Origin: a virus
Length of the DNA: 64,000 bases
Strand: one strand, 5' to 3'
IMG/VR virus record: IMGVR_UViG_3300034121_000527
Location: 29,973 to 93,972 of that record
Part shown: positions 8,358 through 17,765 of the stretch, in pieces
Numbering within the stretch: the stretch's first letter is position 1
Layout: every line of letters starts with the position of its first letter
The notes under the pieces: generated by a model
Told to the model about the DNA's origin: nothing
Database searches by the model: none
The model's input: the letters and a program-made list of their open reading frames with translations, nothing else
Position numbers and translations under genes: made by a program

Positions 8358-11300
8358 TTACATTCCCTGAGGAATTATTTCTCTACCCATACGTGATGGG
8401 CCCTTGGTAGGGTCATACACACGGTTGGTAGTATTACCCATTTGCTTCATGCTTAAATGGGTGTTGGGAGCACTAGCTGGGGTTCCTGACCATGCGTAAT
8501 CACTAGTGTTATCTTCAACTGCTGTAGGTGCTTCAATTGCTGCTGGTGCTGTTGCACTAGCTTCTTGTGGACGCATTCTTTTTGGTGCAATCTTTGAGTA
8601 TTGCCCTGCATTAAACAAACGGCCAGTTGGCTTAGCATCTTGTCCTCGTTCACCGAAATGTGCCCCAGTGCCAAGTCCTTGTGTTTGTCTTTGTGATAGT
8701 TCTCTACGTGTCATCTCAACACCAGTAGTAGGAACTGTATAGTTCCGTTCTTTAACAGCTGTTTCTTGTGGAGTTAAAGAAGGAAGTTGCTTATAGAGAA
8801 CAGGTATTCTTTCTGTTTCTATATTGCTTGTTTTGTAACTTGGTGGAGCAATAGGTTTACCCATAAGAGGATTACGTGTTGTAGAGTTAATTCCAATAAC
8901 TCCACCAGAGCTATCTTTAAGTTGGTCTTCTGAGGAAGTGTAATTACCTAAGTTTTCACCCTCAATAGGCGTTTTAATAAACTCAGCTTTTTTAAGTCCC
9001 TCTAAAGCCATACGTGTGTATGCATTAGCATTATTTGGAACATTAAATTGTGAGCTAAGGCGTGATGACTGCGGGGGAGTTGGTGCAGATCTTGTGGGTT
9101 TAGTTTGCGCCCAAGGAGTTGCCGTAGGAGAACTAGGTTCAGTCCTGGTAACAGTCTCCCTAGAAACAGTACCTGCTGGTTCTATCATACCTCTACCAGC
9201 AGACTTTGGTAGTATTCTGTCGCTGGTACTGGTTGTTTCTATAGTTTCACTTACTTGTGAAGTACCCTCTGCTGCCTTGCGCGCTGCAGATTCTGCTCCA
9301 ATTTTTCTTCCCATTTCAATTTTACCAAATGATGGGAGTTCGGTTCCAGCAGTAATATTCCAACCTCTTTTACGTACTGCTATAGATAAGCGTTGACGTT
9401 CTTCGGTTGATTCTGGAATATTAATAGCACCAGATCTATCTGATACACCTAGGTCATGCAGAGCTTCAATAGTCATACCATTTGGTAAGGTACCAAATGG
9501 TCTAGAAACTTCTCCAGTTTCGGAGGTGTCTGTGTAGCTTTCCAATGCACTGTGAACTTGCTCACTAAGAGTTAGTGGGGACTTAGCTCTTCTTGAGGTG
9601 GAAGTTGACGTATCCTTGACCGGTGCAAGTTCAATTTCTTGGTACTTGGGCTTGCCTGTCTTTTTATCTATTTCTTTTGCTTTTGATCCATATGCAATAG
9701 CGTCAATCCATTTAACGCCAGGGTCAACGCTTGAGTCACCCCTAGTATAGGCTTCATCTGGGTTAGTGGTACTGACTAGTCTACGCCTACGTATTACCCG
9801 CTCTTTGCCCCCTGCTTTTGACAGTCCAGCAATAGACTGAGCAACATGTAAACGAACCGCATTTGCTTTTTCAGCTTCTGCAGTGTCTGTTGCAGACCCA
9901 GCAGATACTGGCCGGTCTATGACCGTGCCATCCGGTAGTTCTACTTCTTCAGTCTCCATGTTTCCACGAAGATCGCGTTTGACAGAACCTTGGGAAGCAA
10001 TTATATCAAGGTGTTCTCTTGCTGCTTTGTCACCTGCAGCTTTTATGGCCTTAGTATGAACAGCTCTTAAAGCTTGATGAGCACGTTTTTGAGCGTCATC
10101 AGCATTAGCTGGGAGTTCAGTAAGCATAGCAATTTGTTCACCCTTAGCATTTACATGCGTACCTTCTTCAAGGGCTTTTCTAGTTTCCATTTGTGCTTTT
10201 TGCCGTTTTGATTCAATGTCTCTAGCATCTATGATGCCTTGTTCAACATGTGGTTTTCTGATGTTTAGAACTTCTACTGCTCGTTTTACAGCATCTACGT
10301 CTGCATCAACAAGGCCTTGCCGTACGTCACGAGCCATGCTTGTGTTAGGGGATTCTTGAGCAAGACCAAGTTGGTCTTTAAGTTGGGTAATGTCTGTACC
10401 TTCAGCATTTGCTTTTGAAATCTGTGCCTGAATACCTCTAGCGGCAAGTGCTTCATAACCTTGGAACTGTCTACCAACTGGGCCAATGGCTACAGGGTCG
10501 GTATAAGTTCTGTTTAAAGCGCGTCCACCTAATTGACGTACTTCCCATGGTTTAGCCGCGGTTGCATCCCGCATAACTTTTATGGGGGTACCTCTAGAGT
10601 TGGTCTTATCTACCAATCGTCCATCTTTATCTTTTACTTTTTCAGTTTGGACAATGTTTTCTGGAATCTTTCTCTTTGCCATTTCGGCAGCAACTTTTGT
10701 TGCAACAAGTGAAGATTCTGGCATGCTTGCAAGTTCTTCTTCAGTATGCCCGGCTGCTTTAACTTGGGATTCAACCAGTCGTCTAGTTATATCATATTGT
10801 GGATTACGAATACGTGAGGCAGTTTGAGGAGTAAGAATCCCTTCGCGACGTGCTTTCTGCGTTATCTTTGCTTGTTCTCTTATAGGTAGCTTCTCAAAAC
10901 CTGGTGCGCGTGTTGGGTCACCTTGGTCAGAAATAAATTCACTTGTCTTAGTACTTGCAGCGAGCTTTTCACGTTCTTCTGTACTTAAATTAAGTAAAGA
11001 ACCAGAACCAGTTCCTTCAGCCATCTGAGATAGCTTCATTCTTTCTCTATCTCCGAGATTAGCTTTACTGTTACGAGTAACTACATTTGGTCTGGTAGCT
11101 CTTTCTTTTGCTATTTCATGAAGGTCATGCAAGTAATCAAGTCTGTTTGGAGTAACATTACGCTTTACGTAAGACCCACCTCCTGCAGCTCCAACCTTTA
11201 CTACCTCTCCACCCTGCCCTGTTATTTCATCTACTACTTCTTTAATGAGACCAAGGCCAGTAATATTTTTTGTGGATTTTCCTTCTTCATCTTTTCCGTC

Positions 11301-12956
11301 TTCTACTTTAACGCCTTGTCGTGTTGACTTGGCTCTGACGTAGTTGTAATTGATTGGTTTATCACCCTCATACGCCACAGGACGGGTTTGCTCGTATTTG
11401 AATCCTGCTTTTTCTAGGATTCCATGGATTTCTGAATTTGGGTCAGCTACTTCTGCAGCAGTAAGTGAAAGAGGGGTTCCTTCTTTAGCTGCTCTTTTCT
11501 TTTCTTGTTCAATAAAAGAGTTGTAGTCTACTGGTTCGTCAGAAGATACACCGTATTCATCCTTGTTTGTTGCTGCTTTTTCTCGTCTCCAGCTTTCAAA
11601 AGAGGTATTGCTAGCAATTGTGCCTTGAGCTTTTGCGGCATCAAACTCGGTTTTCATCAAACCTATTTTGTTACTCTCGGCTGTAAATCTTGCTTTTTGA
11701 CCTCTTGTGGCTTCTCTAACTGCGGAAAATGCAGGTGCAAGTGCGTCTCTATTGGAATCAATCCATGCTTGTGCATCTTGTAATGCAAGAGTTTTGCGCT
11801 CATCTTCAATACCACTAGCAATATCTTTAAATGCGGCTGGATCAATATCTGTATCTGGGGATTGTTCAGCTTTACGGAGTTCTGATACTTGACCTGCTTG
11901 CCCACCAATAAACCTTGCTGCGCTAGCTTCTCGTGCTGCGTTTCTACCCTCACGTGTTGATACATCAAACTGGGGGCCCATTGTTCCGCCAGTACCAGCA
12001 ACCATTCCAGAACCTTTAGCATCAAGTTCTGCTTGTTCATCTGCTGATACATCACCAAATTGTGGTGTTACGGCATTAGCTGCGGCATATTCAATTTCAG
12101 CAGCTGTTTGTAAAGTACCTCTAGCTTTTTCAGAGCCACCACCAGAAGATGGGTTATAGGCATCTTTAGCAGCTTCAATGTCTTTATCTGAAGGCATTGT
12201 CTTGCCTGTGTCAATACCCTCGGTATCACTGGGGATCTGTTCGCCTGCAGCGTTTTCACCAGATACTCCACCACTACCAGAAGGTCGGGCTGTCCCAGGT
12301 CCAAGAGTTTCTCTAACGTTCTCATCTATACCTGGGATACCACCCATGTACCATATACTGGCAATAAAGTCAGCTTCTGTTGGCGTTTGCCCAGTGCTAG
12401 CACTTACATAACCACGGTAAGCTTTAGGATTTTCAGGTTCGTAGCGAACTCCGGTGGTACGTCCACCAACTGTTTTAAAGAATGCTCGTGTGTCAATACC
12501 CATTCTTGCAGCTGCTTCATGACGGGCAGCTTCACGTGCGTCCTCTTCTTGGATGACGTCATCTTCACTGTAATAGCTTCTTTTTGCGCGTTCTGCAACA
12601 ACTTGTCTGTTCTGTTCTGCAGTGGTGTCTTGCCTTGAAGTGCGAGCTACTGAGGTGTTTCTACGGCTGGTTTTAACCGACTTGGTTTCTCCACGCTTAC
12701 GTTGTTTTGCCTTAGGAGTAGCTCTTGTTGCTTCAGCTGCACCTGTTTTACGTTGGTTTGCTTTGCGGTTTATTTCATATCTTTTAAGGTTCGGTGGAAG
12801 AGCCTTAAAAGCAGCTGCGTAAGTTTCAGTTAGAGGGGTTTCTTTACCTTCATCATCCCAAAATCTTTCCATACCGCCTGGCTGGTCTTTGGATAGGTTT
12901 GCTAATATCCCCAGTTCTTCTGCACTAAACGGTTTTGGTATTTTCTTTTCAGCCAT
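8358..12956 (-). CDS. 1532-aa hydrophilic, largely disordered/helical protein (possible internal head/ejection protein)
   Basis: Long open frame; A/E/K/R/T/G-rich, no Cys seen, no recognisable catalytic motif. Confidence 0.8.
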   Translation of the reverse strand: MAEKKIPKPFSAEELGILANLSKDQPGGMERFWDDEGKETPLTETYAAAFKALPPNLKRYEINRKANQRKTGAAEATRATPKAKQRKRGETKSVKTSRRNTSVARTSRQDTTAEQNRQVVAERAKRSYYSEDDVIQEEDAREAARHEAAARMGIDTRAFFKTVGGRTTGVRYEPENPKAYRGYVSASTGQTPTEADFIASIWYMGGIPGIDENVRETLGPGTARPSGSGGVSGENAAGEQIPSDTEGIDTGKTMPSDKDIEAAKDAYNPSSGGGSEKARGTLQTAAEIEYAAANAVTPQFGDVSADEQAELDAKGSGMVAGTGGTMGPQFDVSTREGRNAAREASAARFIGGQAGQVSELRKAEQSPDTDIDPAAFKDIASGIEDERKTLALQDAQAWIDSNRDALAPAFSAVREATRGQKARFTAESNKIGLMKTEFDAAKAQGTIASNTSFESWRREKAATNKDEYGVSSDEPVDYNSFIEQEKKRAAKEGTPLSLTAAEVADPNSEIHGILEKAGFKYEQTRPVAYEGDKPINYNYVRAKSTRQGVKVEDGKDEEGKSTKNITGLGLIKEVVDEITGQGGEVVKVGAAGGGSYVKRNVTPNRLDYLHDLHEIAKERATRPNVVTRNSKANLGDRERMKLSQMAEGTGSGSLLNLSTEEREKLAASTKTSEFISDQGDPTRAPGFEKLPIREQAKITQKARREGILTPQTASRIRNPQYDITRRLVESQVKAAGHTEEELASMPESSLVATKVAAEMAKRKIPENIVQTEKVKDKDGRLVDKTNSRGTPIKVMRDATAAKPWEVRQLGGRALNRTYTDPVAIGPVGRQFQGYEALAARGIQAQISKANAEGTDITQLKDQLGLAQESPNTSMARDVRQGLVDADVDAVKRAVEVLNIRKPHVEQGIIDARDIESKRQKAQMETRKALEEGTHVNAKGEQIAMLTELPANADDAQKRAHQALRAVHTKAIKAAGDKAAREHLDIIASQGSVKRDLRGNMETEEVELPDGTVIDRPVSAGSATDTAEAEKANAVRLHVAQSIAGLSKAGGKERVIRRRRLVSTTNPDEAYTRGDSSVDPGVKWIDAIAYGSKAKEIDKKTGKPKYQEIELAPVKDTSTSTSRRAKSPLTLSEQVHSALESYTDTSETGEVSRPFGTLPNGMTIEALHDLGVSDRSGAINIPESTEERQRLSIAVRKRGWNITAGTELPSFGKIEMGRKIGAESAARKAAEGTSQVSETIETTSTSDRILPKSAGRGMIEPAGTVSRETVTRTEPSSPTATPWAQTKPTRSAPTPPQSSRLSSQFNVPNNANAYTRMALEGLKKAEFIKTPIEGENLGNYTSSEDQLKDSSGGVIGINSTTRNPLMGKPIAPPSYKTSNIETERIPVLYKQLPSLTPQETAVKERNYTVPTTGVEMTRRELSQRQTQGLGTGAHFGERGQDAKPTGRLFNAGQYSKIAPKRMRPQEASATAPAAIEAPTAVEDNTSDYAWSGTPASAPNTHLSMKQMGNTTNRVYDPTKGPSRMGREIIPQGM

Positions 12957-13019
12957 AGCTAGCTATCTCCCAGAATGCGCAATTAGAGGTACTTAATAAT
13001 ACCACTTTATATAGGGTTA

Positions 13020-13301
13020 TTATCGTTCGACTGGTTTAAAGGCGATAGCTGAGATGGTCTCTCCGTTATCCCCTTCAATGTCATCAAAACCAATAACAAA
13101 GCATAAATCTACGCCTCGTGGAGCAACAAAGCCACGTGCGATAGCGCATGCTTTGACGGCCTGGTTTACCGCGCTTGCACCAATAGCGCGCATCTTTGGG
13201 TGCTGTCCGGCGATTACGGCTCGGGCTACGATAGATCCAACACTCTGTGGGTTGCTGCTACCGGAAACTTTTACAATATCGTCTACGTTGTCTTGTGACA
13301 T
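13020..13301 (-). CDS. spoVS: Stage V sporulation protein S family (Alba-like fold)
   Basis: KVS..SNPQSV....A......RAIGASAVNQAVKACAIARGFVAPRGVDL...GF.DI.....ISAI.F is near the SpoVS consensus. Confidence 0.92.
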   Translation of the reverse strand: MSQDNVDDIVKVSGSSNPQSVGSIVARAVIAGQHPKMRAIGASAVNQAVKACAIARGFVAPRGVDLCFVIGFDDIEGDNGETISAIAFKPVER

Positions 13302-13317
13302 GATTTACTCCATATAG

Positions 13318-13343
13318 TTAAAGGGTTATTATCAACCCTTTAA
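13318..13343. promoter_or_regulatory. 10-bp inverted repeat upstream of spoVS (operator or terminator)
   Basis: TTAAAGGGTT-N6-AACCCTTTAA. Confidence 0.45.
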
Positions 13344-13345
13344 TT

Positions 13346-13708
13346 TTACGAGTAACCACCCTCTTGTAGCAGTGTAACGAAGTCATCTAACCTCATCACA
13401 ACATAGGTATCACCCAATGCTTTTTCACCTTTACCAGCGCGTTTAACAACTAAGGCAGGCATAGATTTTCCTAACCTAGCTGCTTGCTCTACTGTAGCAT
13501 CTAACCAGCCACTTAAGCTTAACTTACGTTGGTTTTTACATTGTATAGCAAGTTCTCGTTCTTGCCCCTCATTACGGATACCATTGATATCCCCGGTATC
13601 TTCCCCACCCTTTAAGACCGTACGGGATGCTTTTGGAAAACCTTTAGCATTAAGGTACTTACGTATGGCTGTTTCAAAGGAAGTGCCTTTTTGTTTAGCC
13701 GCTGACAT
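13346..13708 (-). CDS. Holliday junction resolvase (Hjc-like PD-(D/E)xK)
   Basis: KQKGTSFE...YL...GF...D.GDI...IQCKN; typical actinophage resolvase pattern. Confidence 0.8.
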   Translation of the reverse strand: MSAAKQKGTSFETAIRKYLNAKGFPKASRTVLKGGEDTGDINGIRNEGQERELAIQCKNQRKLSLSGWLDATVEQAARLGKSMPALVVKRAGKGEKALGDTYVVMRLDDFVTLLQEGGYS

Positions 13709-13880
13709 TCTTGGTGTCCTTTATAGAGTTCCTAATTTCTATAAGAAGTGCTTTAATTTCTTTGAGTGTTTCATTAACTCCGTTAATAGGGGCAACTGAC
13801 GCACGTGCGTTTGCAGCTTGGCGCATACGCTCGTTTTCTTCTCTAGCGTTTTTAGCGCCAAGTTCATCCCATGTTGTCAT
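13695..13880 (-). CDS. Small coiled-coil protein
   Basis: Start moved to MTTWDELG, after the upstream stop and SD GGAG. Confidence 0.55.
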   Translation of the reverse strand: MTTWDELGAKNAREENERMRQAANARASVAPINGVNETLKEIKALLIEIRNSIKDTKNVSG

Positions 13881-13881
13881 G

Positions 13882-14379
13882 TCATGCTCCAAATCTTGAT
13901 GTACGTTGTTCTTTACTGTGCAAACCAATTCTACGACTAAGTTCTCGTGAGAGCAGCTGTGCTCCACGTTCGCATGAGTCAAACAATGCTTCTAATAGCT
14001 TTCTATACGCTCTAGAAACTTGGTATTTCTCTTGTTGGGACAAGACGCGGGAATCTACATCTCTTTTTGCTTTTGCGATAGTAACGCGATCCCCCTTGGC
14101 ATCTGCTCCCCACTGCTCTATTAAAACCTTTGCCTCTGTAACCCGACATTGATTACCCTCTCTGTCTTCTTCAATCTCTGCTTGAACTAGCTGGCCTTTA
14201 AGATATGACACCCATGCCATAAACTCCGTGTAGACGTTCATGAGGTCTCTATCATCCATGTCATCTAAATCATTAGGTAAGTCTGGTGGGGAGTCTGACG
14301 GGCGTGTTGGTAACGCAAACTTAGTTTTAAAGCGTGTAAGTGCTGGGCCTTCATCTTCAACTTTGGGAATTACTCTCAT
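13882..14379 (-). CDS. Helical protein, possible UvsY-like recombination mediator
   Basis: All-helical and close to recA/exonuclease; ATGA overlap. Function is inferred from context. Confidence 0.4.
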   Translation of the reverse strand: MRVIPKVEDEGPALTRFKTKFALPTRPSDSPPDLPNDLDDMDDRDLMNVYTEFMAWVSYLKGQLVQAEIEEDREGNQCRVTEAKVLIEQWGADAKGDRVTIAKAKRDVDSRVLSQQEKYQVSRAYRKLLEALFDSCERGAQLLSRELSRRIGLHSKEQRTSRFGA

Positions 14380-15245
14380 TTCCAGCATTCCTTTTTATAT
14401 GGGCAAAACTTACATCCACTAGAATTTTTGTCGTACGCCCAATCCGGTGTATCGGGAAGGGTGTCCTCTTCTAAATGGTACATAACTGTTTTACAGTTAT
14501 CTAGTATTGGCTGCATAATTTCTTCTTGGTAATTTACCGTAAACTCTTTTACCTCTTGTGTGGGCTTCCACTCGTAGATAAACACAATACTGTCATGCCC
14601 TGTGCAATACATGTACACATGGCCTTGTCGAACGTGTGAAGCAAAAGGCTTTTTAATGTTCTTCCAAAGTCCATCAAGAGTAAGTTCGCCACTTGAGTAC
14701 GCTTTAAAAAGAGTTGGGTGATCCCATCTAACAGTTCCTAGCCCTACGCTCTTTATCTCAATAAGGGCTCTACCATCCGCATCCACAACTTCTCCATCGG
14801 CGTGACCGAGTATTCGGTGTGCATCGTTACGTACAGGTACCTCCCTATAACGAAAGGCATTACTAGAACAAACAGGGCAGCACTTAGGAGAAACACCTTC
14901 CCAGCGTTCATTACAATCTTCACATTCCCAGGTTCCCCCAAGAATGCCAGCTTGCTGAATCCACTTTTGCCACTTTGCGTGTATTGCATGGCCCTCCTCA
15001 AAAACGTTAAGGCGACTAAAGGCTAAGGATTCTTCTGCCGCAGGGTATTGTTTAATTTTATACCATGCGGCTCTAGCACACCAGTCCTTTTTAGAAAGTT
15101 CTGAAGGGTGTAGATGCTCTGTGTCTCTAGTGCTATTGCGCTCTTTACTATTAAGAGCCACTTGAGTTTGTATTGCTGGGAGGATTCTTCCCTTAACTTT
15201 TGCTAGATCTTTGTAGTTCTTTGTGTACCACGGGGTATCAGTCAT
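14376..15245 (-). CDS. Cas4-like PD-(D/E)xK exonuclease with Fe-S Cys and Zn-ribbon insert
   Basis: HPSE...C, G..IH, GHADG, IEIKS, Q..VYM, CKFCPYKKEC; CEDC/CPVC insert. Confidence 0.85.
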   Translation of the reverse strand: MTDTPWYTKNYKDLAKVKGRILPAIQTQVALNSKERNSTRDTEHLHPSELSKKDWCARAAWYKIKQYPAAEESLAFSRLNVFEEGHAIHAKWQKWIQQAGILGGTWECEDCNERWEGVSPKCCPVCSSNAFRYREVPVRNDAHRILGHADGEVVDADGRALIEIKSVGLGTVRWDHPTLFKAYSSGELTLDGLWKNIKKPFASHVRQGHVYMYCTGHDSIVFIYEWKPTQEVKEFTVNYQEEIMQPILDNCKTVMYHLEEDTLPDTPDWAYDKNSSGCKFCPYKKECWK

Positions 15246-15378
15246 TTGTTTCCTTTGGAAAAGCAGCGATGATATCTTCAACGCTCTTATTTTTCCAGTT
15301 GTACATTGATGCAATGATTCTTGCTAGGTGTGCGCAATCGCTACGTAACTTTTCAAGTTCGTTAGGTGTGTCAGTCAT
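15238..15378 (-). CDS. 46-aa hypothetical protein
   Basis: MTDTPNELEKLRSD...; coupled to both neighbours. Confidence 0.5.
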   Translation of the reverse strand: MTDTPNELEKLRSDCAHLARIIASMYNWKNKSVEDIIAAFPKETND

Positions 15379-15547
15379 TTTGTGCCTCTTCGTAGTTATA
15401 CATTGCTGGAATTGATCTGTTCCTACATGGTTTGCAGTTGTCCATGTGGGCTGCCGCCATGTATAAATCATAGGCAATCTTTTTCCATTTGTTACGTTCT
15501 TCTAATAAAGCCATGTAACTAATGGGCTCTGTGTTTGGGTTACTCAT
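15371..15547 (-). CDS. 58-aa hypothetical protein (not in ORF track)
   Basis: MSNPNTEPISYMALLEERNKWKKIAYDLYMAAAHMDNCKPCR...; ATGA overlap with upstream gene. Confidence 0.55.
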   Translation of the reverse strand: MSNPNTEPISYMALLEERNKWKKIAYDLYMAAAHMDNCKPCRNRSIPAMYNYEEAQND

Positions 15548-15873
15548 GCTTCTCCAATAAGCATTTGAAAATCAGCTTCGTTCAATACTACATAGTGACG
15601 ACCACCCAAGTCAAATTGCAAAACAGGTAGTCTGTCTTCTAGTACTGCACGTTGTGTTAACTCTACCAGCTCTTGAGACTTAACTGAATATGATTTAACA
15701 TTATTTGTAAGTTTGTTCTCAATAAGCATCTCGTGAGTGCGCACATCATTCTTGCGCATCCAACCAGATCCTGACCCTGCATTACGACTTCCATTGTAAA
15801 TCTTTGCAGAACGGTTTTCTTGTTTCTTGGAAGCCTTCATTATTGAACGCTTTTCTTCTTTACCAAACATCAT
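15544..15873 (-). CDS. PD-(D/E)xK endonuclease / resolvase-like protein
   Basis: SKKQE...A....G.RNAGSGSGW..KNDV....LIENK. Confidence 0.75.
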   Translation of the reverse strand: MMFGKEEKRSIMKASKKQENRSAKIYNGSRNAGSGSGWMRKNDVRTHEMLIENKLTNNVKSYSVKSQELVELTQRAVLEDRLPVLQFDLGGRHYVVLNEADFQMLIGEA

Positions 15874-16889
15874 AGGAAATACTCCGTAGCTTTCTGTCTT
15901 AGCTCTGCTTGCATGTCTAGATCTTCACGAACAGCATTGAGTAATGCTTCCTTACCTTGCCATTTCTGACCGTTGTAGTTATAGTAAGCCCCACCTCGTG
16001 TAATGATTTCTACCGAGATGCAGATGTTAACAATATCTTTTATTGTGTCAAATTCCCCAAGTTTAAAACCGTTTGCCTCTGAGAAGTAGAAATCTACGAC
16101 GGCAACCTGCTGTGGACGGTATGTCTTGTTCTTCATGGTGCGAGCACGTATAGTCTGACCTACTGGCTCATCCTTTTCTTTAATCCACTCGTCACGCTTA
16201 ACTTCTACTCTGGCAAAGTAGTGGAAGTTCTTGGCCTTACCACCTGGGGTAGTTCGTGGGTCACCATACATGACGCCAATCTTTTCACGCCATTGGTTGA
16301 TAATCAAACCTGTACAACCACGGTCTTCTACGACCATTGAGCGTTTCTGTGCCTTGCTACTCTTGCGGAAGAACTTACCTGTAAGACGTGCTCCTAAACC
16401 CATCGTGAACTCATCCATCATCTTTTCTGCTTCATCACCTGGGACTAGGGCAGGTAAAGAATCAAGAATGATGCAATCAACAGCACGGTTTTCCATTGCA
16501 CGAATAATCAAGTCATAAACTTGTTCCATGATGTTGGTTTCAACTACCCAAAGTCGGTCAAGGTCTACACCAATTGCTTTGGCATAATCCGGTACAAACT
16601 CTTCAGCAGCAATCCACATAGCTACCCACTCGGGATCTAGTGCTTGGTTAGCCGCAATAGTTTTGTAAGCAAGTGCAGTCTTGCCTGAGGATTCATCCCC
16701 AATAATCTCAGACCACTGGTTTGCTGGCCATCCTCCGCCAAGCATTAAGTCATAGGCAAGAATACCTGTAGTAATACGGGGTACTTCTTCTTTGACTTGA
16801 TTACCTTGGACAATTATGTTTTCGCCGTACTTTTTATTGATTGCGGAGATGATTGAATCAAGGCTCTCGCGTGTTGCATCAATGCGCAT
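15870..16889 (-). CDS. recA: RecA recombinase
   Basis: DLMLGGGWP, EIIGDESSGKT (Walker A), ILDSLPALVP, INQWREKIGVMYGDPRTTPGGKA. Confidence 0.96.
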   Translation of the reverse strand: MRIDATRESLDSIISAINKKYGENIIVQGNQVKEEVPRITTGILAYDLMLGGGWPANQWSEIIGDESSGKTALAYKTIAANQALDPEWVAMWIAAEEFVPDYAKAIGVDLDRLWVVETNIMEQVYDLIIRAMENRAVDCIILDSLPALVPGDEAEKMMDEFTMGLGARLTGKFFRKSSKAQKRSMVVEDRGCTGLIINQWREKIGVMYGDPRTTPGGKAKNFHYFARVEVKRDEWIKEKDEPVGQTIRARTMKNKTYRPQQVAVVDFYFSEANGFKLGEFDTIKDIVNICISVEIITRGGAYYNYNGQKWQGKEALLNAVREDLDMQAELRQKATEYFL

Positions 16890-16903
16890 TTGTTTCCTTT
16901 TTG

Positions 16904-17308
16904 TTAGACGCCCCAGGAACTCTGGGAAGCTTGGTCATACATGCCATTCCAGCCACATTCAAAACATCTTGGTGCTGGTGACTTACCTTGAATACTTGTG
17001 CTTGCTGCTCTAGAACTGCGTGTAAATACGTTAGGGCTACCACATTCAGGGCAAGTAACGTCCCCTTGTTTTTTGGCAGCTTCCCCACCCTTCCATAGTC
17101 TTAACGCTTCACCCATTGTAATTTGTGCTTGTGAATCTAAATCTGGGCGTAAAACGCGTTGTGGTTCATCAGGACCTTGTTGAGGGATTACTGGTTGCGG
17201 GAATCTGATAGCACCAGAGGTAGGTGGTATAACTGGGTTGAAGCTACGGTTGGTAGATGTAACGGGCTTTTCTCCACTTAGTTTTTTTGACCACCAGTCA
17301 CTGCTCAT
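16904..17308 (-). CDS. Zn-ribbon protein
   Basis: CPECGS...RCFECGW. Confidence 0.7.
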   Translation of the reverse strand: MSSDWWSKKLSGEKPVTSTNRSFNPVIPPTSGAIRFPQPVIPQQGPDEPQRVLRPDLDSQAQITMGEALRLWKGGEAAKKQGDVTCPECGSPNVFTRSSRAASTSIQGKSPAPRCFECGWNGMYDQASQSSWGV

Positions 17309-17765
17309 CTTCTTCGTCCTCCTCCTCATAATCGTCTTCGTCATAGTCTAGGTCATCTAGTGCCGCTGAAAGCATCATTTCAACTAAAGATTCCATTGTT
17401 TTTGTCATAGATGGATCAGAGGTTAAAGTTTCATCAATAGATATTATATCTTGATCTACTAGATGCGCAATGGTAGCTACTGCAAATGATGTAATAATAT
17501 TTTCAGTAGCTTTTAAGGTTACTTCATCAAAGTCATTGTTCTCTCGAAGGACTGTTATCATCCATGAGGCACATTCTTTTAAATGATGTAGTACTCCTGT
17601 ATTAGATAATATAAACCACTTTTGCATAGTGTCTATAATCTCGTGTTCTTGAACATCCGGAGACGGCACAGAGAACCCAGCAGTGTGAGCTAACTTTTGA
17701 CCCTCCAATATAGATAGAGTCAGATAGAAGTTACGTTCTTCTACTGGGCTTGAAGCCATGATCAT
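17298..17765 (-). CDS. Hypothetical protein with acidic tail
   Basis: ORF coupled to polA. Confidence 0.65.
   Translation of the reverse strand: MIMASSPVEERNFYLTLSILEGQKLAHTAGFSVPSPDVQEHEIIDTMQKWFILSNTGVLHHLKECASWMITVLRENNDFDEVTLKATENIITSFAVATIAHLVDQDIISIDETLTSDPSMTKTMESLVEMMLSAALDDLDYDEDDYEEEDEEDEQ

Noticed and set aside
14376-15245. Cas4-like gene as evidence of a CRISPR-Cas system
   Set aside because: No repeat-spacer array or other cas genes; the context is recombination
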